Below are positions 1 to 12,100 of a stretch of DNA of 64,000 nt, piece by piece. This DNA comes from Stegostoma tigrinum. Its lineage: Eukaryota. Location of the stretch: NCBI RefSeq assembly GCF_030684315.1, contig NC_081387.1, forward strand, positions 21,756,647-21,820,646. The letters are read 5' to 3'. The position numbers were made by a program, and so were the translations under genes. Position 1 is the first letter of the stretch; every line of letters begins with the position of its first letter. A model generated the notes under the pieces. It was not told where the DNA came from. It searched no databases and saw nothing but the letters and a program-made list of their open reading frames with translations.

Positions 1-1756
1 ACGGACATAGGTGGGGAGTTCCTGGACCAAAGGGGAGAAAATGGAGTCCAGATAGGTGGAGATGAGTTCGGTGGGGCAGGAGCAGGCTGAGACGATGGGT
101 CGACCAGGGCAGGCAGGTTTGTGGATTTTGGGAAGGAGATAGAAACGGGCCGTGCGGGGTTGGGGAACAATGAGGTTGGAGGCTGTGGGTGGGAGGTCCC
201 CTGAGGTGATGAGGTCATGAATGGTGTTGGAGATGATGGTTTGGTGCTCGGGTGTGGGGTCATGATCGAGGAGGCGGTAGGAGGTGGTGTCGGAGAGTTG
301 GCGTCTGGCCTCGGTGATGTAGAGGTCAGTACGCCATACTACCACTGCGCCACCCTTGTCTGCGGGTTTGATGGTGAGGTTGGGGTTGGAGCGGAGGGCT
401 GCCCGTTCTGCGGGGGAGAGGTTGGAGTGGGTGAGAGGGGTGGAGAGGTTGAGGCGGTTAATGTCTCGACGGCAGTTGGAGATGAAGAGGTCGAGGGAGG
501 GTAGGAGGCCTGGGGGTGGTGTCCAGGAGGAGGACTTGTGTTGGAAGCGGGTGAAGGGGTCAGTGGAAGGAGGGTTGGGTTCCCGGTTGAAGAAGTAGGC
601 ATGCAGGCGAAGACGGCGGAAAAACTGCTCTATGTCCGACCGTGACTGGTATTCGTTGATGTGTGGTTGTAGGGGGACAAAGGTGAGCCCCTTGCTCAGG
701 ACTGACCGTTCGTCCTCAGTCAGTGGGAGGTCTGGGGGGATGGTGAAGATTCGGCAGGGCTCAGGGTGGCTGTCTCCTCTGGGGTTGCAGGCTGTGGAGA
801 TTGTGGGCGGAGCGATGATGTCGTCGGCCGTGGGCGGGGTTCCGTCGGCGTCGGCCGTGGGCGGGGTTCCGTCGGCGTCGGCCGTGGGCGGGGTTCCGTC
901 GGCGTCGGCCGTGGGCGGGGTTCCGTCGGCGTCGGCCGTGGGCGGGGTTCCGTCGGCGTCGACCGTGGGCGGGGTGCCGTCGGCGGTGGGAGGATCGGGG
1001 TGGGCGGCAGCAGCTGCGGTGAGGGTGGTGTGTGGGCTGTAGTACCTGGATGTGGAGGTGGTGACTGCAGCAGCGGTTCCGGAAGTTCTGTGGCCGGCGG
1101 AGGCCGATGTGACGTCATCGGTGGGGTCTCCGGCCGTGTCCTCATGGTCAATGGCGGCGGGTGCATGGTGGGGGAGGGGCAGGGACAGAGTCGGGATTTG
1201 GGAGGCGCAGGAATCCTCTTGTGGGTGGCAGGGGCCAGTGAGTTGGTTGTACTTACGATTTTTGGTGTCCAGTAAAGCTGAGTGGAACTGGGTGTTCAGT
1301 CTGTGGATCCTGCGGAGGATAAAAAACAGCAGGGGTCCTTTGCAGGTCTGGGAGAGGGAGGCTCTGAGCTGGGGCAGGCTGGATTGCAGTGCCTGGAGGT
1401 GCCGGCGCATGGCTGCGAGTGTCTGTTTCAGGACTCGCAGGGAGAACCGCTTCTGAAGGGTCTGAATATTCTGGGTGTAGAGGTGGTCACGGTTGGGGCC
1501 AAATTGGGAAGGCTGAAATGTGGACTGTAGTCCCTTGGGGATGATCTGGTTCCGTAGGCAGGTGCTGAGAAAGGTGATGTGGCTGTGGTACCTGGTTTGC
1601 TTCAGGACATGGTCGAGCAGTTTCAAGGCCGAAGAGATTACAAGAGAGTTGCAATGGGAGAGAGATTCCCTGAGGTTGGTCCGCTTGGCCTGCTGTGTTC
1701 ATCCAGCCTCACATTTTATTATCTTGGAATCTCCAGCATCTGCAGTTCCCATTATC
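1..1756 (-). mobile_element. Penelope-like retroelement (PLE), 5' part; ORF reads open from about 1682 and runs off the window start into the RT domain; inverted 3'-end fragment at 1684-1756
   Basis: Manual minus-strand translation gives SHITFLSTCLRNQIIPKGL ... LSKGLTFVP ... FFRRLRLHAYFF ... IKPADKGGAVVVW ... FYLLPKIHK ... GRPIVS, typical PLE pre-RT/RT motifs. Absent from the ORF track, probably because no stop is reached inside the window. 1684-1756 matches the element 3' end seen at 27515-27600, in inverted orientation. Confidence 0.9.
823..984. repeat. 27-bp tandem repeat, 6 copies, inside the PLE ORF (encodes ADGTPPTAD on the - strand)
   Basis: Unit GTCGGCCGTGGGCGGGGTTCCGTCGGC, five identical copies plus one variant. 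Confidence 0.95.
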
Positions 1757-1859
1757 TCTTATACCAAACAACTTGTTCACTACCCTATCGCCCTGCAACT
1801 TCACTTTCAAGGAACTGTGAACCTACAGTCCAGGTGCTGCTTTAAGGGGCTGTAATCTC

Positions 1860-3058
1860 TCCCTACTTCATCTTTTGGCAATAATGTATTTGCAGAATCC
1901 CTTTGGATTTTACTTAGCCATATTTTCCAAAGCTATCTCATGTGCCCTTTTCACCCTCCAGATTTCCTCCTTAAGTATTCTCCTAGTGCCCTTGTACTCT
2001 TCTAGGGAATCATTTGATCTCTGCTGTCTATACCTGACATATGCTCTCTTCTTATTCTAAACCAAAACCTCAATTTCTTTAGTTATCCAGCATTCCCTAC
2101 ACGTACCAGCCTTTTCCCTTCACCCTAACGGGGCACACTGTCTCTGGTCTCTCACTATCTCTGTTTTTTTTTTGGAGGCTTCCCATTTTCCAGCCATCCC
2201 TTTACCTGTGAACATCGCCCCCAATAAACTTTTGAAAGTTCTTGCCTAATACAGTCAAAATTGGTCATCCTCCAATTTAGAAATTTAACTTTTAGATCCA
2301 GTCTATCATTTTCCGTCATTAATTTTAAAAGTGATAGAAATATGATCAGTGGCCCCAAAGTGATCCCCAACTGACACGTCAGTCACCTGCCCCACCTTAT
2401 TATCCAAGGGTAGGTCAAGTGTTGCACCTCTCTGGCACGTACATTCATATACTGAATCAGAAAATTTTCTTGTATAGGCTTAACAAATTAGTCTCCATCC
2501 AAACCCTTAACACTATGGTAGTCTCAGCCTATGTTTGGAAAGTTAAAATCCCCAACCATAACCATCCTATTATTCTTTCAGACAGTTGAAATCTCCTTAC
2601 AAATTTGTTTCTCAATTTCCCACTGATTATTCTGGGGCCTTGCGTCCAATCCCAGTAAGGTGATTATTCCTTTCTTATTTCTCGGTACCACCCAAACAAC
2701 CTCCCAGGAATATCCTCGCTAAGTACAGCTGTAATAACTTACCAAATCAGAAATGCCACTTCCCTTCCCCTCTCTCTCTCCTGTTTTGATCCTTCCTATG
2801 GCGTCTATCCCTGGAAAATAAAAACAGTTTAAGTCATCAGTCCTCATTCTATACTTTGTTCCTGCTTGTCCTGTCTGTTTGACTTACTCCTTTTCCAGTC
2901 TCAGACTGGTCTCTTTCCTAACTACTTCCCTGCGATTTCCACCCACCCCTCCCCTGACCCACACGCCTTGCTGATTTAAATCCTCCCAAGCAAGTCTAAC
3001 AAATCTCCCTGCCAGTCTATTAGTCACCTTCCAATTTGGGTGCAATCCATCCTTGTAT
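1860..3058 (-). mobile_element. Degraded CR1-type LINE fragment (ORF1 esterase C-terminus into ORF2 endonuclease region)
   Basis: ORF 2884..3078(-) YKDGLHPNWKVTNRLAGRF resembles the CR1 ORF1 esterase end; ORF 2155..2370(-) resembles post-endonuclease ORF2; many frameshifts. Confidence 0.7.
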
Positions 3059-3121
3059 GTTGTTTTAGATCCTAACAAAGTTGTTTGTATTTCAGGGCCT
3101 GCACAGCCAGGCTTTGGAGAT

Positions 3122-3197
3122 ATGCAGAGAATGTTCAGATGGAAAGGGCTTCAGTGCCTGCTCTTGATTTTCCTCTGGAATCGCTGGACATTGGCAG
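3122..3197 (+). CDS. Gene A leader exon, signal peptide MQRMFRWKGLQCLLLIFLWNRWTLA
   Basis: Acceptor ttcag before 3096, donor G|gtgaga at 3197/3198; exon start is homologous to the gene B leader exon. A 5'UTR exon probably lies upstream of the window. Confidence 0.85.
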
Positions 3198-6100
3198 GTG
3201 AGAGACCTCACGGTTGAACTACCCCAACACCTCGCTTCGTGTCGATCTGTGCTGGAGGGTCATGATTGGGGAATCGAGTTAGAAGTTTCAGTGTGTCTTT
3301 GATAATAATGTAAGCACGGCCACAGAATCTGGCAACAGCTGCCCGGCAGAGAGCCAGCACTGTGTCAGTGGGCTGAACGACCTCCTTTTGTGCCTTGAGG
3401 ATTCTGTGTAACTTCCTGACCAACGATCGCATTTGATCCCATGATCAACTTGTGGAGGTGTTGCGGCTTACTTCAGTGGGCATCAGTGAAAGTTAAAACC
3501 ATTGCGTTCTCTTCTATCTGTTCCTTTGTTGTAACATTTAGCCCAAGCTTTCCCTCACCCTGGCTCTTTCTGCAAAACCTTGCACATACTTTGCTTTGCA
3601 TCAGCGTAACTTTTAAAATCCCCTCTTTATCCGATTCCCTTTTGACTCTTAGCAAGTCTGCTTCCACAGCAAGAGCTCTTTCAGTCTTATGGTAAATTGT
3701 TGATGTTGCTGATGAGGCTGGCCTTTGTTATATCTTTAACGTATTAAACCCCAAAGTGCTTTGTAGAAGTATTGTAAATTGCAGAACGGCACCAAGCTAC
3801 ATAGGGACATTAGGTCAGATGACCAAAAACGTGATTATAGAGGTCAGTACAGAAGTGCGTTTTAACAGCGGAAAGCAAGGTAGCCCAAGCAGGGATGATG
3901 TTTTATTTTAAAATTCCACAGCTTAGGGCTGAGGTAACAGTGGCACTAATGGTGGAACAATTCTCATTGGGAGTGCACAAGAAGTCAGAATGAGATGAAT
4001 GCAGTGATCTTTGGAGGGTTGTAGAAGATGTGGAGGAATTGGAAAGCACAAATTAGTTTTTTGAGATCTAGGCGTTACTTTACCTAGAGTTACTCAACGT
4101 AGGTCATTGAACACAGTGGGGTGATGGGAGCAGAACGTGGTGTGAGGGTCAGATGCAGGCACCAGAGCTTTAGATAGCCACAAATTTATGGAAGAGACAA
4201 GTGTGTCAAAGAACTCGGGTTGAAAAGTTAATGGAGGAGGGTTTCAGTAGTGGACAAGCTGATTTGAGGGTGAAATTGAGCAGTGTTATGGAAGTAGGAA
4301 TTGCTGATCTTGTCAAAGGTGTTAATATGGTGCCAGAAGTTCAAGTCTGAGGTTCAGTTTGACACACAGTTCAGAAGTAGGCTGTCTTAAACCTCTGAAT
4401 GTTGTTAAGGAGAGGACTGAAGTCAGTAACAGTGCATTCCAGGTCACAACAACCCACATGTCTTTTTGTTTAAAGGAAATACTTTCGAGGTTTAAATTCA
4501 GAGAGGTTGAAATCTCTCAAACACATAAAGGGATAGACAATCTTAATATAGGAAAGGTGTTTGCCCTAGTTGGGAAGTCTAGAACCAGGTGGCACTGTTT
4601 TATAAATAAAGTAAATTTATGCTTTTGGGATGGAAGTGAGGAGAGTATTGCTTTTAACTTGAAGGGTGGTGAATCTCTGGAATCCTCTACCACTAAGGGC
4701 TGTGGGAGCCCAGTCTTTGAATATGTTTAAGATTGAGATTGACAGATTGCTGTTTACTGATAGTGTAAAGAGTGGAGAATGAAATGTTAGATCAGCTATT
4801 GTGTTAAATGGTGGAGCAGATGCTATGGTTTCATGGCCTGCTCCTGTTCCTAAATTGTTTCTGGGTTATTTTGTCAGTTCTCTTCAACCTGAAGCTGTTG
4901 TGAGTTGGAGTCTCGCTCTGCCAGTGGATACGGTTTCTCCTTATTGACTTTCTCAAAGCATTTGATATCTCCATTGTATCTCCCCTTTTTGCCTTCTTGA
5001 CTGTACATGTCTAGATCTTAGCTGCTCCAGTGTTTCTGCTCAAATGAAGACCGTCATTTCTTACTATTGTGGTAAACTTTCCTTGAATGTCACATGCGTT
5101 GGTTAATGAATTGATATTATATACTTTATTTCTTGAAAATGCCTTGACTGTGCCCCCATGAAATTCCAGAAGAAGTTCCTCCACTGATTGTTTTTCGTCC
5201 TTTCTCTCCACATTCACTGAAGCATCCTTTCTTTCCTAGACAATTTCCAAATCTCCTGCACCCAATACCCAGTTGTGGTCGAGGTTGGCGCTACAGCAGT
5301 GTTGGAATGTCAGCTGATCCCCAGATTGTCCCTCAAAGGTTTGGAGATCCGCTGGAGCAAGGACAATGCACTGGTACATCTCTACAGATTTGGACAGGAT
5401 GAGAACGCGGGGCAGGATGCTCGTTACAAGGATAGGACCCAGCTGTTTGCCAGTGAATTTCAGAATGGCAATGTCTCCCTGAAACTCATGCAAGTCACGT
5501 TGCTGGACAATGGGAAGTACAAGTGTTTTGTGGAATTAGAAGCTCATGGGTTCAGAGATGCAGAGGTTATCCTGAATGTGGCGAGTAAGTACCTTTCGTG
5601 GCATTTGCTTCTAATCCAGCCTGTAAAATTCTAACAGGAATAGACAGGGTTAACACAGGAAGAATGTTCCCGATAACCAGGGAGTTCACAGCTTAAAGAT
5701 AAGGGTAAGCTTTTTAACACTGAGATGAGGAGAAGTTTCCTCACCCAAACAATGCTGAACTAGTGGAATTCTCTATTACAGAAAGTGGTTGAGGCCAAAA
5801 CATTGGGTGTTTTCAAGAAGGAATTAGATATAGTTCTTGGGGCTAAAGGGACCTAAGGGTATGGGAGGAGAAAAACATGAACAGAGGACTGAGTTGGATG
5901 ATTAGCCATGATCATATTGAATGATGGAGCAGGCTCAAAGGGCTTACTCCTGTCCCTAATTTCTGAGTTTCTGTTGTTTCACAGGATCAGTGGTTGGGCA
6001 AGCCATCCCCAGGAGAAGGTGGTTGGTAAGCTGCCTTCCTGAACCAGGGAAGGCCTTTGGGTGTAGCAAAGCCCACATTGATGCTGGGGTGGGGGTCGGG

Positions 6101-9100
6101 GGTGGGGCTTCAGGAATTTGACCCAGTGACAGTCAAGAGGTGGTGATATATTCCCAAGCCAGGATGTTGTGCCTTGGCAGGGAGCTTGCAGGTGGTGGTG
6201 TTCCCATTCGCCTGCTGCCCCTGCCCTCCCAGGACATAGAGATCATGCTTGGGAAGGTGCTGTTGGAAGTGCCATACGTTACTGCAGTGTATCTTGGAGA
6301 TGGTAAGCATTGCTACTCCTGTGCGTGAGTGGGAGAGGGAGTGATTTTCGAAGTTGTTTGATGGGGTGCCAATTGGCTGGGCTGCTTTGTCTTGGATGTT
6401 ATTAACATTATAGGAGGCTTTCGCTCATCCGAGCAAATAGTGAGTATTCCATCACTTTCCCTTGATTTGTAGATGGTGGACAGACTCTGGAGAGTCAGGA
6501 GCTCTACACAGGTTCCACACAAATTGCCAGTTTTTGTACTTGGTGCCTCTGTTTATGAACATCAAGATCCCATGTACTTGGATGATTAACTCTCTCAAAC
6601 AATATTCCCTCTACTTTTGCTGATGGCAGGAGGAGGCTGGTGTGGGGTGTAAGTGCCAGCATGGAGCTGTTGGATGAGTGTCCTGTGTCTGTCATAAAAT
6701 CCCTACAGAGTGGCAGCAGGCCATTCATCCCATCGAGTCCACACTGACCCTCCTGAAGGGAACCCCACCCAGATCCCTGCCAGTCTTTGTAACCCTGTAT
6801 TTCCCATGGGTAATCTATCTAACCTGCACATTCCTGGATACCATGGGCCAATTTAGAATGGCCAATTCACCTAACCTGCACATCTTTGCAGGAGTTTTAT
6901 TCTGTATTTCAATCCCTTGTTGTCCCTGTGCCAGGAGTGTTTGATGAGGACAGTGTCAAGAGAACCTTACTTTGAGCTTTAAAAAGAAAGGGGGAGTTTT
7001 CTCCACCATGATATTCACCCCATGCTGTCACTGTGTCCCGGGAGATTTGACAGTGACAGTGTTGCAGGGACATCTTTTCTATTTATGAGTTGAGATCACC
7101 ACTCATAATGGTCATGCAAAAAATACAGACCCAGCCTGCTTAACTTCTCCTCACAAACCAATTCTGGGAATCAGCTTCATGCACCTTTCCTTGACCTACA
7201 TCCAATGCAAGTATATTCACCTTCAAGCACGGAACCAAAATTGAACACAATAGACTGGTCTCACCAATACCCAGTGCCATGGTAACAAATCAGGGGGTGG
7301 GATTTGAACCCATGGACTTCAGACTCAAAGATGGAGGGTGATACCTGCGGAGTAGGGCTGGCTGCCTTTGTGATCCTCTCTCCTGTAACCCGGTTGTGTT
7401 TTTTAAAAGAACTGAGCCTAATTGCATTGGCAGGATTTGGAGAATGGCCTTTGATCAACTTGAACAAGTACACGGGGAATGGAATCCAGCTCCAGTGTGA
7501 ATCTGAGAACTGGTTTCCTCCACCGACGGTGCAATGGAGCAACGAGAAAGGTGTCATCCAGACTCAGCAGGGTCAGCCGGTACCAAAGGAGCTGCGCTCA
7601 GTCAACGTGAAGAGCTACATTGATGTGACTAGTGATTCCGGGAACACCTTTAACTGTTTGCTAAAAAGCGAGATGCTGAACAAGACAGTCAGTGCAGAGT
7701 TCTATGTCCCAGGTTAGTGAGCTTTGTGTCTCTATGTGCCTGTGTGTATACCCATTTACCGTTGTTGGTGTCACCTCTAGCCAATATCCGATTGTGACGT
7801 GCTGATCTAAAGAACATTTGCCATCCTTTAACTCAAAAGAATGGGATGATGCAACTGTCATTTATCTCAGTCCCTAGCTGTTGTGAACATTGATTTAATT
7901 TATTATTGTCACATGGTACCGAGGTACAGTGAAAAGTATTGTTTTGCGCTAACCAGACAAATCGTACCTCGTGTAAGTATATCAGGGTATTGGGACAGAA
8001 TGCAGAATATAGTGTTACAGCTACGAAGAAGGTGCATAGAAAGATCAGCTCTAATGTGAAAGAATTGTTTATAAGTCTAACTATAATGGGGGAGAAGCTG
8101 TTCTTGAATCTGTTAATATGCATTTTCAGACATTGTATGATCTGCCCAATGGAAGAGAGTATAACGGGGTAGGAGAGGTCTTTGATGTTGCCCGCTTTTC
8201 TGTGACAGCAGGCAGTGTAGACGGAGTCAGTGGAAGGAATGCTGGTTTTCATGACAGACAGGGCTGCGTTCCCAGCTCTCCTTAACTTCAAGTTCTTCAA
8301 TTCCTCCATGTCCTTTCCTGCTGCTACAACCCAGCCACCATGTTTGCAATGCTTAGTGACTACATTCTTCTCCAGTGACTTGTCGCCTGGGTTGTGATCA
8401 ACTTGATGGGCCCCATCAATGGCCACATCAACAGCCCCTTGCCCTACTGAGACCTTCCTCCAGCCTGCATGACCTCTGCGTGCTGTGAACCTTTCTACCT
8501 TTTCTAACCCTCTGCTCTACTTTAATTCTGTCCCCTTGTGCTACCTTCGCTTTTCATCACACTCCCATCTCTGATGTGTCTTCAGTTGCTTGTGGTCCAG
8601 ACCCCCTCTAAATATTGCTAGCCCTCTGCCCCACATTCCTTTTTCTTAACTTAAGATGTTTCTCAAAACCTTAGTGTCTGAGCAAGCTTTTGGACGTCAG
8701 CTGTATTATCTCCTTACATTACTGGGTGGCTGTTCTGCTCTGAAGCATGCTGGGCTGATTTACTATATAACAGGTACTATACAAATGCAGAAACTCACTG
8801 TGGGTCCACAGCCAACACTGAGGGCCATTCGTTGCTCCGATAAGCCCGTTTACTCGAAGGGTGATGGATTTGGAGGGTAAGATGAAAAACAAGTTCAGGG
8901 CTGGAGTGCCTGACTTTGATTTATTATTTTAGCAATAATTTCATTCTGCATTTTTTATTCTCCAGATGAATTCCACCCCAAGACATCCGTTTGGCTTTAT
9001 ATCTTCCTCTTGATTTTCTTTGGCATCCTTGGTCTCATCATTGGCCTCTTTCTGTTCTTCAGGAAACAAAAGAGACACATCCGAGGTATGAACTTTTTAT

Positions 9101-12100
9101 CGCGCCATGGGTACACGATTGGCAACTGTTTTTTGATTCAAACACAGTTAGGTTGTGTGATGATGTCCCAGAACCACAGGTTGCACCCGCCCTCCAACCC
9201 AAATCCCACAGTGAATGGTAAGGGCAGCACGTCCTTAGGAATGTCACCACCTGCCAGACCCCCTCCAAGCCGCTCACCGACCTGACTTGGAAATGTGTCG
9301 CCATTCATTCAGTGTTGCTGGGTCAAAATCTGGGACCTCCCTCTTTAACAGCACTGTGGATGTCCCCAGACCCCAAGGACTGCGGTTGTTCAACAAGACA
9401 GCACGCCATCACCTTTTTCCAGAGCAGATAATCAACTGTCTCCCTTTTACTTCCTCTACCCCGAATCAGCCTCCACGTCCTTGTGCAGCCTGAGGCTTGA
9501 GGGAGTGACTGGGGGAGTTCATCAGTGATACCTTGATGCTGAATATCTGTCAGGCCATTGATAATCCGCACTCACAAAAATTGATGACTCTCTCTCGCTC
9601 TTTTTTTTCCAGATCTAAAGAAGCGGCCAACAACAACTGGTGAGAGAAAAACAAAGACTTGTATTTTAGTATTGCTGTTCACAACTTTGGAGAGCCAGGC
9701 TGTGTCCCCCTCGAACCTCCCACCCCGCACCATGTGTGTCCTTTCTCCTGCCTCTGGGACTGAGCGGGGCAGTGGGTCAGACACTGCCCTTTTCCCATCC
9801 CCACCCACTCTGGGACTAGGTGAGACAATGGGTCACTGACTCCTCACCCCACCATCACCACCTGGGACTGAGTGGGAAACTGGTTTACGGGGCAGCAAGG
9901 GCCATTTGGCCCATTGTGCTTATGCTTGCTGGCCAAAGGAGCAGTTGACTTTTTGCCTTTCTCCTGCCTTCTCCTTGTGACCCTTGTACTCTGTTCACCT
10001 TCAGACAACTGTCTGAATTAAATCTGCCTTCTCTGTGCTATCAGCACAATCCAGACCTTGACCATTCCTGTGTGAAAACAGTTTTCCTCACGACTTTGAC
10101 AAATTGCTTTAGGCCTGCTCCCTCTTAATCTTAACGCCTTTGTGACTGAGAATATTTGGAGCCTTTCCCTTAAGCTTATGCAGTTTTTGCAATGCTTTCA
10201 CATCCTTCCTAAAGTGCGGTGTCCAGATCTAGGTCCTGGACTGTAGCTATGGCTGGCCTAGTGTCTTACAGCACCATCTCCTTGCTGTCGTACACTGTCT
10301 CAGTCAAATGCTGTGTTTTCAACCTGGGGTTATATCTCGATAGTCGGACTGAGATAGAGGGAGCTTCCCAGTGGGACTAACAAAAGTTAGGCCTGCAAAG
10401 GATGTTCAACAGGAGCCATTCCAGAAAATATTGTGTTTGTCAGAATTAAAGGCACTTGAATGAGGATCGGAAGGCTTTGTTTCCTGGTGAATTCCCTTCT
10501 TTTAGTGACTTGTGCTGTTTTTTGTATTTTAGATTATTCCTGGAAGAAGTCCAACAATGGTAAGTAAACATTCCCAAATATCCTGAAAGCATCACCGTGA
10601 ATTTTCTGACCTTGTAATAAGTGAGGCAGATGATGAGAGAGAACAGACCAGTCCCAGGGGCATGAGGCTGAGCAGAGTGGGTGAATTTTAATGGAACTGT
10701 CCCAGCAGAAATCTCATTGTGACAGAATTATTATTTTTAAACCACCTTGCCAAATTAAATCAATTAAAACTCTAGCTGTTGTCTTTTTTGCCCTTTGTGT
10801 TGAAGATTGATAGAACTGCATAGAAGGATGAGGGTGAGGTCTCTGAAGAGGAGCCACTGGACCCAAAACATTAATTCTGCTTTCTCTCTAAAGTTGCCGC
10901 CAAGTTTCTTTCAGCAATTTATGCTTTTATTTTGACAATCCGCAGTGCATGGCTATATTTTTGGGTTAGGATTGTTGGGGGAAGAATTGTGTGAAACACA
11001 GCCCGTGGAATGCTGATCAAAATAGAGACGCGGCAGTGGTTCTGGGGCGGGCTTACCCAGTGACGCCCAGAGGGGTTAATGGGCCAAATGGATATGAACT
11101 GGTAACTGTGAAGAAGGTGTCACCTAGAAGTGCGATGGGGATTGGGATGGCTCTCTCCTCTCCTGTAGGGTCCTTCTCGCGAGATCCTCAGGCTTAAATC
11201 TTCAAGAAGTTCCTAACTCTCCTCAACACGTTTCAAAAGTACATAATTCAAATGATAGAAATGGTTTCTGCTGTTTTTTAAAAAGTTTTTTTCTTTTCTT
11301 TTCAGTGGAACTCAGACAAGTAATGGGTAAGAGCTCAGTTGATAGGATTATAAATAAATCTGGAAGGGAGGGTTTGTCATTCTCTGTTGTGATCAGTACA
11401 ATCGATGGATATTTCCCCAATCCCCCTCAGTAGCGGTCAGGATAGAGCCTGTTCAACTATCTGAATGTACGGTCAAGCTTGTTTCAGCAGAGAGCACTAT
11501 CTGGTATCTGCAATATCCACTCCCTCAACTTTCCGTCCCTATGATCTCTGCTTCTGACTTTAGCATAGGATCTTGTTCCTATGCCTGGGACCACAGCAGC
11601 ACCTCAGTGTGGAATGTCAGCTGTGACTCGAGTGTAGCACTCCGAGTCCAAAAGGTTCCATTCCAGCCCTAACATAAAGGGTAAAAATATAAGTTAACTC
11701 TCCTGGTGCAGTACCAAGGTGGTTCTGCACTGCCACGGGCACACCTTTCTCTTGAGATGTTGAACTGAGGTCTGTCGGTGGATGTAAAAGATCACAAGAC
11801 ATCACGCTCTTTGGGAGATGAGCTGGAAGGTTTTCCCTGTGTCCTGCAAAATATTGATTCACACCGATTACTGTGACGTAAACCTGTTTCCTGCAGCAAT
11901 GCCTGCACCTCAAAAGCTACATCATTGGCTGTGAACAACCTGATGTCAACGTATTTTGAGTTCCCACATGCTCGCTGTGCCTTTGCGCCTTGTGGACAAT
12001 GCCAGCTGACCTACTCTGAATTACCATCACATGATCATTGTGTGCCCTGTCCTGCTGCACCATTAAGTTGGTGATGCTGCAATAAATGGGCAATAAATGG

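Noticed and set aside
823-984. CRISPR-like array
   Set aside because: Contiguous repeat units with no spacers, in eukaryotic DNA.
217-1855. GC-rich + strand ORFs and Pro-rich - strand ORFs as host genes
   Set aside because: They are antisense or alternative frames of the Penelope ORF and its 27-bp repeat.
7833-8426. 197-aa minus-strand ORF
   Set aside because: Patchwork of degraded retroelement 3' sequence (a related piece lies near 34270-34430); no intact domain.
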